DNA of 54,305 bases, counting the filler, from Sluysia triapertura (lineage: Eukaryota), in NCBI GenBank assembly GCA_046118255.1. It is 4 parts of 4 records of this genome, joined end to end, with 100 filler letters (N's around TTAATTAATTAA, not from the genome) between each part and the next. Parts side by side here need not be neighbours in the genome. Positions count along the whole stretch, not along the records: positions 1 to 15,822 come from JBJNIA010217585.1; 3 more parts are not named here. One strand, given 5' to 3'. The notes beneath the pieces are model-generated. The model did no database searches. It was not told where the DNA came from and saw nothing but the letters and a program-made list of their open reading frames with translations. Of the stretch, positions 1-12,560 are shown in pieces (position 1 is the first letter of the stretch; each line of letters opens with the position of its first letter). Both the position numbers and the translations under genes were made by a program.

Positions 1-54
1 AGTTCTGACCTCCAATGATAAAAAAACACAAAAAAATTATATAAATATATAAAA

Positions 55-121
55 ACCGGGACATTTTTAACAACCGGGACGCCGGGACAAGTTCTTAAGA
101 CCGGGACTGTTGGAAACCCTA
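55..121. mobile_element. hAT-like DNA transposon terminus with subterminal CCGGGAC repeats
   Basis: Ends in TTGGAAACCCTA (110-121; reverse complement TAGGGTTTCCAA, a TAGGG-type hAT TIR). CCGGGAC occurs at 56, 74, 82 and 101. The same 12-mer ends a similar element at 29591-29602. Confidence 0.6.
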
Positions 122-310
122 CAATAAAAGAAAATAATTTATAAATTGTTTTATAAACAATTGTTCATTTGTTTTTGTAAATAATTGATTTAAATATTTT
201 GGAATTGTTTTAATATTTTATAATAATAATATTTATATTTAGTATTGTATTAGAAAATAATCTTTTCTCGTATAATTAATGTATTTTATTGTTTTAAATA
301 ATCGTTTTTA

Positions 311-950
311 ATCAGGAAGATTGTTTTGACAAAAAATATATGATTATGCTAAGAGTACAACAGAAGGTTAAAGATAACAATATTACACAAGAGACAGTAC
401 ACTAACGAATTTGGATCAATCACTACTAAATTATTTGGATTCGGGAATTGACACTTGATTTTCCATCATAAGTAAGATTATTTGTTAAGTTTTAGAACCT
501 TTTTTAAAGTTTTTAAACAATACAACAGGCTGAGAAAGGCGTCAGTGCGAAAAATGTAAAAGTGAATACCTATTCTAACAATAAAATCGACTCTACTATC
601 ATTTAGTTTTAATATCTTCAGAAAAGATTTACCAAATTATGGTCGCTTGAGACTGTCAATTAAATAAGGAAATTTTACGTATTAAATTGGCAATAGGTAT
701 TACAAACCCGGATTTAGTCGCACAATTAATATCATTAGATGAAGGAGTATCTGGTCGACTAACGGGAGAGATATTATACATATATAAGTGCAAAAAGGTA
801 AAAGTACAATTAAGGTCAACTACTGAATGCACAAATGAGTTACGAATACTATTTGGTAAAATAGAAACATCTCAAACCGGTAACCATCATATTTTTGAAT
901 TAATTCGCCTAAATTAAGAATGTAAAATTTAAATGCGTTTTCCATTAATA
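311..950 (+). pseudogene. Decayed chuvirus/herpes-gB-like (class III fusion) glycoprotein
   Basis: The frame of ORF 687-917, extended upstream, reads IYQIMVA*DCQLNKEILRIKLAIGITNPDLVAQLISLDEGVSGRLTGEILYIYKCKKVKVQLRSTTECTNEL. This fits the recalled chuviral G pattern LY..V...CE.ER..L...L.....P...A..L....G......GEV.....C..V.V..R....C..ELP. Upstream NVKVNTYSNNK and downstream C....P..F also fit. Stops and frameshifts are present. Confidence 0.7.
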
Positions 951-1267
951 TTTCTTTAATTGGTAAATCATGATCATATGAAATATGTATGTACTTGTTA
1001 CTTCTTTTCCTTTGCACGCTTGCTTGAAACCATTTAAATGGTGTTGAGTTTCCCAGGCGGATTTATATAATCCCAGTAAACATGTACATAACATCGTAAA
1101 GAAAAGCTGGAACTGTTTTAATATAATCATCGAAACAATAAATTATGCGATAAGTAACTTCTCTCTATTTTTATTTTTAACGGTATATGTTTCCTTTTTG
1201 ATAATTTTAGGAACATATGAAAAAGTCATAATGTGGAATATCAACAATATGAACTTTTCAATACTGT

Positions 1268-1363
1268 AGTATTGATGTTATAACGAGTTATTTGTATAAT
1301 AAATAATGATTGACATTATCAGCTGTATTTATTATACAAATAACTCGTTATAACATCAATACT
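1268..1363. repeat. Perfect 38-bp inverted repeat with 20-nt loop
   Basis: AGTATTGATGTTATAACGAGTTATTTGTATAATAAATA (1268-1305) is the exact reverse complement of 1326-1363. Confidence 0.95.
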
Positions 1364-1429
1364 CAAAAAAACAAGAGAATAAATAATAATAAGATAATTT
1401 AATAAGATAAATGATGATGATAAGAAATA

Positions 1430-1722
1430 ATAATGATAACAATAACGCAATTATTATGTTTTAAAATAATGGTATTGTAAATGTTAATATGAAAGTTATT
1501 ATGTGACAATCGTGGCAGTTATATCATATGAAAATAATTCTAATAATTTTAATATATTTTGATACGACTGGAGTTATAATAACAATAGCTATAGTTCATG
1601 ATAATTATGTACAATGGCTATGTTTGTTTTATGAATGAGTCCAGTAGTTTGTTTAATGTTTTATGTGTGTTTGAAATGTTTTTGTGTGATGAAGTGTGAT
1701 GAATTTTACATGATTCCCTACA
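1430..1722 (-). repeat. Dispersed repeat family A, probable RLE-clade LINE 3' UTR (copy 1)
   Basis: Aligns by eye to the reverse complement of 21803-22092 and to 16010-16143. Shared core AGTTCATGATAATTATGT at 1593, 16050 and (rc) 21911. An (AAT/GAT)-rich tail lies at 1380-1445. Confidence 0.8.
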
Positions 1723-1754
1723 ATATCCTATCACTTCAACGTCACCGCCACACG

Positions 1755-4370
1755 TAGTTTACACAATATGTGCAAACAATAACTACAGTGGCTCGAAAAG
1801 ATCCATGGTAGATATCACAATGAATGGTACTGGAGCCGTGGTTTTTTTGGTTAATGAAGTTTCTTAACTAAAGACGAATTAAAAAGTCTCACCCGTCACA
1901 CTTCTCATTTATCAGGAGTCACAAGAGATGCAATTAATATGGTTGGTATAATGAAGGCTATTTGTGAAGTAGGACAAAATAAATTAGAAATTAAGTTACG
2001 AGTCATGAAAGAATGTCCTGAAGAAATGATAATTGGAATGTACATATTATCACAATTAAAAGGAATCACTTTAGATTTCGCTCAAGCAAGATTGATGGAT
2101 AGTCGATCAAAAAGAGTTATTAGTGATGATGATGTGTACATAGATGAACCACTTTGGTTATTAAAAAGAAATGAATATATAATGCCAGCTAAAACAAATA
2201 GTCTGCTAACTTGCATTATTATGTTTATTGCATCAGTATTATGCTTATACAATACCTGCACATATTAATATGGTAATGAAAGACAAAAATAAGTTAGAAA
2301 ATAATATAAAATTACAACGCGAAATACAAGACGAGGATTATGGTGAAGTCTAAATCACTAATAAAAGCCTTAAAAGAAACAAATAGATCAGCTATACTAT
2401 GTTATTTATAGATAAGCAAGAGCAATACAAAAAATAAATATGATATTGGGAACTCAGTAATAATTAAATATGAAATACCATTGATAATAGACAAAATAAT
2501 TCGAAAAAAGCCATATGTAATCAAAAGGAGATGCAAGACCAAATATATAATGTGAAAAGGCCAGAATGATAAGACCACGTTTCTCTCCGTTTTCATCTCC
2601 AGTTTTTTAGTTAAAAAGAAGGATGGCGCAATGAGATAATGTATAGGGAATTAAATAAAATTAGCAAGAAAAGATGTATTCCCATTGACACGAATAGATG
2701 AAATGTTAGATAAATTAGGAAATGGGACATATTTTACAACTCTTGATCTATAAAGTGGTCATTGGCAGATAGAAATTGCCGAGAATGACAAACACAAAAT
2801 TGCATTTATATGAATTATATGAATGCGAGAAAATACTTTTGGATTGACTGGTGCACTTACAACTTTTCATCAGTGCATGGATTTCGTATTATCTGGTTGT
2901 AAAAATGTCATGGTATATATCGACGGCACAATAATATTCTCTAAAGATTTTGTAAAAGATACTGACAATATTTAAAATAGACTAGAAATAGCTAGATTAA
3001 AAATCAAACCTACCAATGTGTCTGGGCTGAGGAGAAAGTTGCATTTATAGGACATATAGTGTCGAAATATATAAAAGGTGGTTAAATTCCCACATCCAGA
3101 CAACGTAAAAATGATACAACGTTTTTTGGGTTTAGCTAATTACTGTAGAAGATTTGTTAAGAATTTGCTAAAATAGCATAACCATTTAGAAAACTGACAA
3201 GGAAAGATGGGCGGAGGAACAAACAAAAGCCTTCAAAGAATTAAAAGAACGGCTAACTACCATACCAATATTAATCTTTCCAGACGTAAATAAACATTCA
3301 TACTCACTAAGGATGCTAGAAATTATGCTATCGGAGCAATTTTGGGATAAGAATAACTTAGAAGCGGTAATTTCTTACGCTAGTCGACGTTTAAATAAAG
3401 CCGAAATGAATTACGTACGATAGAAATGGAGTGTTTAGAAATAGTGTATGCATGAAAATTGTTTAGACATTATCTATTGGGACAAAAAGTCTATTTATAT
3501 ACAGACCACAAACCATTGATGTATCTGCATAACCATAGGGATAAAGTTAGTAGATTAAATAGGTGGTTTAATAAACTATCAGAGTTTGACTTAGAAGTTA
3601 TGTATAAACCAGGTTCACAAAATAACGGCGCTGACTGTATGTCACGGTTGACAAATGTAGACGATAAAGGAAATATTAACTTTAAACAAATTATTCAATA
3701 TCGGGTAAGGTACACGATATTAAAGAAATTATCAGAAACCAAAGGGAAGATAAGGAAATTTCATCCATTATCGATTCATTGGCGAAAGAGACATTAATCG
3801 AAAATCAGGCAGAGATTAGTTATTACAGATGGAATTCTTCGATTCAGAAATTCAAAAGAAGATTGGAAAACAATAGTTCCCAAATCACTAATAACACCAA
3901 GTTTAATACAGTTTCATGATGGCACCTGTCTATGAGAAAAACACTATCAGGTATGAAAGACAAATATTGATAGGAGGATGTGAAAGAAGATATTAGAAAA
4001 TGGTGTAAAGATTGTTAAATCTGGTGTAGAAGAAAATCCACAGGAATAAAGAAAACAGTATCATTAAAACTTATGCCTGTACCATTATCACCAATGGAAT
4101 TTACAGCGATGGATATAATGGGGCCGATACCAGAAACATTACATGGAAATAAGTATATTATTGTATTTGCAGACTATCTAACTAAATGGCAGGAAGCTTT
4201 CCAATGCCAAATCAAAAGGCTGAAACAGTTGCACAGATACTTGTTGAGAATATAATTTACAGATGCGGTACACCACGAAAATCACTATCTTTATCGGAAA
4301 TGTTAAAAAATGATGCAACCCTGTTAATATTAATATTAGCTGCAATACTATTTATCATCGCTTAATCAAA
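1755..4370 (+). mobile_element. Degenerate Ty3/gypsy LTR retrotransposon pol (protease-RT-RNase H-integrase)
   Basis: Protease region (TGAVVF...GQNKLEIKLRV); RT (SPFSSPVFLVKKKDG, FPLTRIDEMLD, FTTLDL*SGHWQI, VYIDG); RNase H (DARNYAIGAIL, YASRRLNKAEMNY, YTDHKPL...YKPGSQNNGADCMSR); integrase (H...C..C, AMDIMGP...GNKYIIVFADYLTKW). Domain order is gypsy. Many stops and frameshifts. Confidence 0.93.
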
Positions 4371-7300
4371 AGTTATACTAACAATTATTATATTTGTATC
4401 AAATAGATGTAGATATCCATGTTTACCTCCAAATACTATTCCACAGAGAGGTAACTTTGAAGTCCACCAGGATTTCCAATAGAACCATCTCCTATTTACG
4501 AATAGGCAACAGGTAATCATTCACCATTAGTGTACGGTGGTTGGCAAATGACAAGTTTGCAGTTTGTTATGTTAATATTACCTGTATAATTAATGTTCAT
4601 ACAAAATTAGTAATAATATTGAGACCATGGATTACACTTAAATCACTTTGGCGAATTATATATGCAAAAATATAGAGTAATACTGTTAAAATCACTAATA
4701 TCTCTACACGTTGCTGTTTGATTAAATAGTGAAAGTATGGATCGGACATTAGTAAATATACAAAATATTAGATAGTATTAGATTAGATAGAAAATCAGTT
4801 ATTTAATATTACTCTAATTTTGGAAATCGAATACGAACCAAATCAAAATTCGAGAATTATATTAATACATAATTATAAACCTTATGCTTTTGATCAACTT
4901 TTGACGACTATTAAATTTCCAATGTTATTATGTAGGGAAAGTAATCATCCTTTAACGGAAAATACTATATTAATCGGTTACGAATTTGATAAAGAGGATC
5001 ATTATGCACTAATACTCCCAACGCTAGTATTCATCTACTTTTTGTACCAAGACATAATCTTACATTTACTGAAGTTTGGATTCTACGTTATAATGAAATT
5101 GACGATACACTTGGATTTTGGCCGGAATATAATGTATGCGACTTAATCGTACCAATTTTAGATAAATCGGATGGTATTGTTACTTCAATACCAATTACTA
5201 GCATTTTAAATAAAATAAATATCACATATAATACTACCACTATATGATTTTCTATCAAACTAGAGAAGAATGTAAATGTAACGAATAAATATCATTTACA
5301 GGAATACGCAACAAATGACTTTATAACAAACCTCTATCACGTCATATTTAATTACTACATTTTGACTTCGTTTCTTTTTCTTAAATCAACAATGTACGTT
5401 ATATTTCAAGATCATATGTTTTTTTTATTTATTAGGTATATGAACCACTTGTTTACTAAAATTTAGAATATATAGTATGAGTGATGTCTTCTGTTCACTG
5501 ACCATATGTGACGGCTGTCAACTGTCCATTTTCGGTCATGAAAAGAGTGATGTTGGAACTCATATTTTATTAATATAGTTACACTAACATTGTTTTATCA
5601 AATATTGTGTTAATTTATTTTAATATAATTAATTATTCCTATTTCGTTTTAAATCTCACTACTAAAACTTTCTCTCTACTTAACATTACGATAAATTTTG
5701 CTTATATTTTCAGAATTTACGTTGCGTTTTTATATTATGTATATTTGTGAATATTATAAAATTTTAATATTATTATTTTTATTATATTAAATATTAAAAA
5801 CATTTTAAAAACATTAAATATATTAAAATAAAATAAAAATAAAGAAAGTAATTACGAAATTATTGAAATTATTTTATTTAGGAAAAGAGTAAAGGAATTT
5901 AATCATTTATTTAGGTCAGGAAAAAAGAAATTAAATAATTAATCATTTAAGAATTAAAATAAAATATTTAGGTAAGTTAAAATGGCCGATGCAGTTTAAC
6001 ATAAATAGAGCAAGAATTTGAAAATAAGACTCAATAATATTAGCACAATAATAATAGTAAGAAGTTAAGAAGAAAGTTTAATTATCAGCAGCGGCTACCT
6101 TCTAAAGAAAAAAAATATTTTTGAAGATTCATGTCTAACGAGTAATTTTTTCTTATTAAGTTTTCGTATTCACCTTAATTTGGAAATAATAAAATACACT
6201 CAAAGTTTTTAATATTGTTTCGTACCAACACCTTAAAGAATGTTGGATAATTTATATTTAAAATCCGAGAATGATCAATTTACAATTGAATTATTGTAAA
6301 ATCATTATTATTATTATTACATTTCTATCTCTATATTTGTACATTATTTGCGATAATTAATATTTGTCCTGTACACTTTTTACGATAATTAATATATTGA
6401 ATAAGTTTGATTTACTTATTTTACTTTAAAATATTAAATTTATTTTCTAAACAACACTTTAACAAAATGGTTATGGAATTTATTAATTTACCGAGTAAAA
6501 TATCTGTTTTCTAACAACACCTTAGTAAAAGGGTTGTATAATTTGTAAAATCCGAAATTAAAATTAATTCTTATTTTATATTTGTCACGTTTCATCGTTT
6601 AAGTTCAGTTTTTGATTAACTAATTAAATTGCATTTTAGCTTAAGTTAGATTGCAAGATATAAGCAAAAACTTCCTAATTTCAAGTTATAAAATCCTAGT
6701 AATACAGTGGTATAAAGCGTATATATTAGGTGGACCGACTCCTCAGATAATTTGGAATTAAGATTAAGATTTTTTAAATTTTCAATAGAAACACTTGCAA
6801 TATTAAGTATGACTGTTGGCTTATATATATATATATATATTAGACAAACCTCACCATCTTTACTTCGCTTCACTTTATGCTCGATCTGCAGACGCTCTAT
6901 TCATAGATACTATGCTTTAACTTTACCTTATTGGCATAATTTTCATTTTTGTTGTCTTTATTTCTTGTTTGACACAAGCCCAACTCCTTTTTCTAATTTC
7001 ACAAATAGGGAATGCGAAATTTTTATAAAAAGGTTTTTTGCAGTTCGTACGAGTTCACCATTAAATATGCTATACCCGGCTCTTCTACAATGGTTTCACG
7101 AAAACTCCAATGTAGGCATTTTCCAGCCTGTCAATACAACAAAGATTCATGTCTTGTATAATGGATTTCGGGTACTTAAACCTGATTATCCGCCGGGACG
7201 TACTAAGTCTCAGAGACGAAATTATCGACGACAATTAAGAAAATTTTATAAATTGAACAGACACTTGGTTAATAAACCTATTTTCAAGAAATAAAAAATA

Positions 7301-7919
7301 TTTGCTTCGTAAATATGATCGTTTAATTATAGTAGCAGGTCACAGATATAAAAATTACTTTAAATATATTTTCTTTTGTATTTATTTCTTCTCTTTTTTA
7401 TAATTTTATGTATTAAGAGAATATCGATTGACGACTCCCAACAAACAAACATCTTATCTCAAAGCCAAGCTCATTTCCCAGCTTAAATCTTTTTATATTT
7501 CTATAGATAAATTCTCTTCTAACTTGACTTCATCAGTCTTCTTTCCGACTCCTTTTCGACTAATTGTCAGTTGAAAAGTGAACTTACACAGAATTTGGCT
7601 ATACATCTCTTCGCACTAAACCCCATCTGCCCGCATATTTAAAGATATTAAAGGTACGGCGAATGCCCCTAGTGAGTTTGATACTCTCTATATCGCGGTC
7701 GCACGAGAAGTAGTCAGGGTGACATTAACCGTTGACATTGTCCCACTTTTTCTACGAGTTGAAGGCCTTCGAATTCCCACAATCTTTCACTACTCTAGAT
7801 ATGCTTGTAAATGCATGACAGACGTTAAAGATGTTTTACCCCGTCTGTCCTAAGTTTTCGTGCAAACAGTTGCCTACTGAGTTGGTTGTTGGCCAACTTT
7901 TCACTTAGAATTTAAACCA

Positions 7920-8290
7920 TTAATCTACACAAAATATCACATTTTCTTACTTCTTACGTCTCATTTTCTCCGACATATTAAAATATTTTTGCATTTCAAA
8001 ACATTTCAAAGTCACAATCTTACATTAAAACCTTACTTACATCCAAAACCATAGATCCAAAATCATTAATACACATTTAAACTTTATTTAGGACGTTTTA
8101 ACTCATAATCTCATAACGTTAAAATTACAGTTTGCATGTTAAACTATCAAATACACATTTTAAACTAATTCAATACATCTTCAAGTTCCAATCGTCTACA
8201 TTCAAACCTTACTTTCTTTCAAAAACATCAAATTATATTTAAAAAGTTCCTAAAAAACATTTTATTCAGAATTCTTAATACTTATCTATG
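7920..8290 (+). repeat. Dispersed repeat family B (copy 1)
   Basis: Homologous to the reverse complement of about 36310-36830, e.g. TTAAACTATCAAATACACATTTT vs TTAAACTATCAAATATACATTTT, and CAAAATCATTAATACACATT vs CAAAACCATTAATGCACATT. Confidence 0.7.
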
Positions 8291-8405
8291 TTAAGAGTTT
8301 CAAACATGTCTAGAAATATAAAGAAATTTAAATATTAGCAAGATTATGTAACATTTACAAGATTTATGCGGTTTATAAAAATAATAATAATAATAACATT
8401 ATTGC

Positions 8406-8407
<2 letters not shown>

Positions 8408-8452
<45 letters not shown>
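8408..8452 (+). repeat. (TTA)n microsatellite / probable LINE tail
   Basis: Directly visible; lies at the 3' end of the RLE relic. Confidence 0.95.
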
Positions 8453-8453
<1 letters not shown>

Positions 8454-11400
8454 CATCATCATTTTTATTTAACATTAATTTCATTTTATTCAAATAACTA
8501 ATTTTATTAACTAGTAATTACGACTATCAATGGTGGCAATGTTGGTTTCAACGTATAGATTGGTAGTGGTTGATGGTGGTTGCCCTCATTATTTTTATCA
8601 CTCTGGTTAAACGTCCAATGAGGACAGTTTAACAGAACTATACTAAATATAGTATCAATTTTCTATAGTCAAAATAGTAATTTGACATTTAACAAGCATA
8701 TTGTTTTTTATTCTAATACTGATGTATTAAATAGAATATTCAATCCTTTAAATCCTAATGTCGATGAAACAAATTCAAATAGAATAATTGCTAAAGAACA
8801 TTGTAGACAAGAAGAAATCGAAGCTGTGAAAATTAAATGATCGATTAGAGATATTGACTAAATTAATTGCAAAAGAGCTCAGATATACCAACTAATGGGA
8901 AAACACAATGATAGTCAAATGAGAATTAATGATAAAGAATATTTTGTAACGACTATTCTATTATTTGATGTTGTAACTTATGGCCACAGATTACAAGGTA
9001 AAATTATAAAGTATAAAGAAATAAATGCCGAAAGAAGTGATTTAATTATTAACTATTTAATTTCAGATGAAAACAATATTACTTATGATCAATGCATTGG
9101 CACTAAAGATTTAGAAGATAATGTTAATTATTGATCATATTTTGGTAAAAATTCTGAACACGCAAGTTTATAAAGATAAATTAAGTTTAATAAGGGACTA
9201 GTCAAATATAAAACCAAGGTCATGAAAACGGTAGTGAAAAAAGATTTGCAAAAAAAATTATCTAACGAATGTCACATTAATCTGAAGGTTACAGTTCACT
9301 CGTCTGTGGTGTACGATGTGGAAGTGCAATCTTATCTAACAAGTTTAAAATTCAGATCCTCTTTTTTTAAAGTGAAATAAACTAGATCAACTAAAGATTT
9401 ATTTATTAAATGGTAAAATGTCTAATAATACAGTGGTTTATTAAATCGTAAAACAGTTTACTGAATAATAAAATACTTTAAGTGATGAATTGATTAAAAA
9501 TGGAAACACCAGATCATCCGAGCGTGTTTTACTCCATATCATTGACTTTTCAACTCGGATACATTTATAAGACCAAGAATGAGAATTAAGAGTTTTCTTA
9601 CCATGGAACAGAGATTACGTGAGAATGACTTGAAAGACGCAAAATAGTACGGAATTTCGAAAATTCTGGCTAACATCATTATAAGACAAACTGCTTATAG
9701 CCTGCCTTCCAGAATTCATTATTGGAACATTCCAAACGCCATATGGTTGGTTACGAGGTATTATTAATCTCACCTGCACCAACTTGATATCATATTCATC
9801 TTTTCATCCATCTAATCATGATAGGAAAGCTCTCAAAATTTTATATATATTTCCACCAAGATTTTATTGTCCTCATTTATTTAGGGATTATATACCAATG
9901 TTTGACATCATAAAACAAAAAGATACATCATTTCTGGCGCAATTAATTTCTACTTCTAATTCTAATCTTTTTCTGACATAACACATTCTGCACAAAATTT
10001 ATTACATAAACGCATAAAACAGAAATATATTGTTAACAAATATTGATATTTAATGTAAATTTAATCGTTGTCTTTTATGAGTACCAAATAATAGCATTTA
10101 TGAATATCAAATAATATCGTTTACGAATGAGAATCATTTATTTATATTACTTAACTTTTCTATAGTAACATTAATTTTTATATTGTACAGTAAGTATAAT
10201 TTTTTATTATATGATGAATTATTTCTATATTTTCATTAATTCATCTATATTAATAATTAGACTTTGTTCTCTTATTGCACAATGAATAACAATAGCTCCA
10301 TTAATAACAACAGTTCCATTAATTCATTTAATAATAATTATTATTTTATGGTTTTAATTTAATTTATTTTAGTTTTACCTTTTAACTTTTACTTTGGTTT
10401 AAAAATAAAAATGGTAAATTCTACTATTATTATTATTATGATTATTATTACCATTATTATTATTAATATTGCAATGGTTTTACTTAAAAAGAAATTTAAC
10501 TTGCAAAATGAGAAAATTGTGGAGGTGAATTCGCCTAATAGATACGACTTAAATCTGGACGAAGGCGGTCTGTTAGGATTTTAAAATTATTCACGTAATA
10601 ATTAAACTTAAAGACAAGTAGTAATCTGCCACGTAATCTTTAATTTTATTCAATTTAGAAAATATCAAATTTGGTCAAGTATTGCCACTATCTTGAAATT
10701 AAAGTTTCGGTTAAATCAATTACAAACATATTTACTTTAATGATATTTGAGTTAGCCTTTTATATAACAAATCATGAAAAATTCAGATTTTAAGCTAGCC
10801 TTTAATGCTCTAGGAAACAATGTTATATTTTAAAAATTAATCTAGCCTTATTACGGTCTGGCAGGGAAACGATAATTTTAATTTTTTGAAATAACAATAA
10901 TGTTTTACACAAATTGACCAGAAAATTTGAAAAATACTCATAATATATTATAATATAAATATTCAATTTACCACTTGAAATAAAATTTTAGTGGATATTA
11001 GCCATATTACGGTCTAAGTGTAAAAATAAAATGTGATTTTGAGTATATTTTAAATTCTCCCAGTTACGGTGAGAATTGAAAAACTTAATACAAATATTCT
11101 TACCTTCATGGAATGGATTTTGGATTTGTTCGATGATCAATAATTAATTGTTGTTATGACTGCTAAAAATTCAGCACTTATATACTGAATTTACAGCAGC
11201 CATATTTGTTTTCCTTCCGTTAATTTTCATTTGATTGGTATAAACAAAATTTAATTCATTTAAACAAAATTTTTATATTCTAAATAAAAATATTTATAAT
11301 TTGATTTAATTTATTTAATTTTTTTATTTTTATTTAATTTAAAAATTTAATAAATTTAATTCATTTTAAAATGTTAATATAATTAATATGGAATTTAAAA

Positions 11401-12499
11401 TATAAAAATATATAAGATTTAAATGAAAATAAATAATAAATCAAAATTTAGTAGAAACACAAAAATCAAATGAAGTTAAAAATTATCCTTACAATTTTTA
11501 TATTACCACTATAACTATTATTATGATTATTACTACCATTATTATTATTAATTTTATTATCATTATTATTATTGTCATTTCTTATATTGCCCATCCACAG
11601 AACATCATGATAAATAATAATAATAAATTATAAAATCATAATAAATAATAAATTGTTTTTCATTGTGATTTTTTTGGGAATTCATTATTAAATTCACATT
11701 TTAAAATGTTATTACTACTACTATTACTGTAACTGCTGTTTCAAATTTTATAACGAGGAATTTATTAACTTATTTGTATTTTAAGAGAGATAAACCGACC
11801 GAGTCGAATTGGTGGAACGAGTATCGTTAAAAATCCAGCATTGCAATGACAACGATGATGATGATGATTGTGAGACTGTTTGACTGACAATAAAAATACT
11901 ATATTGTGAAGAAGATATATTTTCAGTTGAAATCAATTTTGTTTTACCGCATTCGATATTTATATCGATTATCATTATTATTATTATTATCGTTATTATT
12001 ATTATCACATATTGCAACAATGAAAACCCTAAACCATATACACAAACATTTCAACGTTCAAAACATTTTAAACCTTAATATAACTATTAAATTAAGGTTA
12101 TAAAATTAAATTAAATAACATGACAGTTTTTCTAATTTGAGGTTTCTGTATTCTTTCTTTTACAAATGTATTTTCTAATTAACTGTACTTCTAAAATCAA
12201 GCCTACTAAAAGTTGCTCAACATCAAGACTCACAACAGAATATATAACCAATTAAAAATTCGTCAAGAACAATTTAAAGTAGATAAATTTAAATGAAGTA
12301 TTAATAAACGTGAAGAAGCATGATTGCCTTAGAACATTCCACACTATATTACACTTTGATAGAGAATAATAAATTAACTAATTTTCACATTTTATGCTGT
12401 TTTATTGAAAATTCATGAAAAATTATACATTTTTTAATTTTGAAATTAACTCTAACGCAAGTGGCGCCAGCTTTTTAATGGCCTTTCTCACATACATTT

Positions 12500-12560
12500 C
12501 ATATAATCTCAAATAAATTTATGTTCGCAAAAATGCGCTCATCTGCAGTTAAAGGGTTAA
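12500..12560. mobile_element. piggyBac-like terminus
   Basis: ...GCGCTCATCTGCAGTTAAAGGG followed by TTAA (12557-12560), i.e. a CCCTTT-type TIR with a TTAA target site. No partner end found. Confidence 0.5.

Larger units (their letters stand above)
6842..8452 (+). mobile_element. Internally deleted R2/NeSL-type (RLE) non-LTR retrotransposon relic: RING-like N-terminus, pre-RT motif, RLE remnant, 3' UTR, (TTA)n tail
   Basis: ORF 6752-7294 ends in RRNYRRQLRKFYKLNR, like the RR..Y...Q.LY..NR motif that precedes the RT in R2-like elements. 7430-7900 gives NILSQSQAH (knuckle remnant), KPHL, and DIK...Y.AVARE...VDIVPLFLRVEG (RLE-like). A G-poor UTR-like segment and a (TTA)n tail at 8408-8452 follow. 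Confidence 0.55.

Noticed and set aside
651-760. Initial reading as gypsy gag (C....E.LR..L.IGI)
   Set aside because: The downstream GEILYIYKC..V.V..R...C..EL and upstream motifs fit a chuvirus-like glycoprotein much better.
5480-5720. Candidate 3' LTR of gypsy copy 1
   Set aside because: No second copy, PBS or convincing PPT/TG...CA boundary found in the window.
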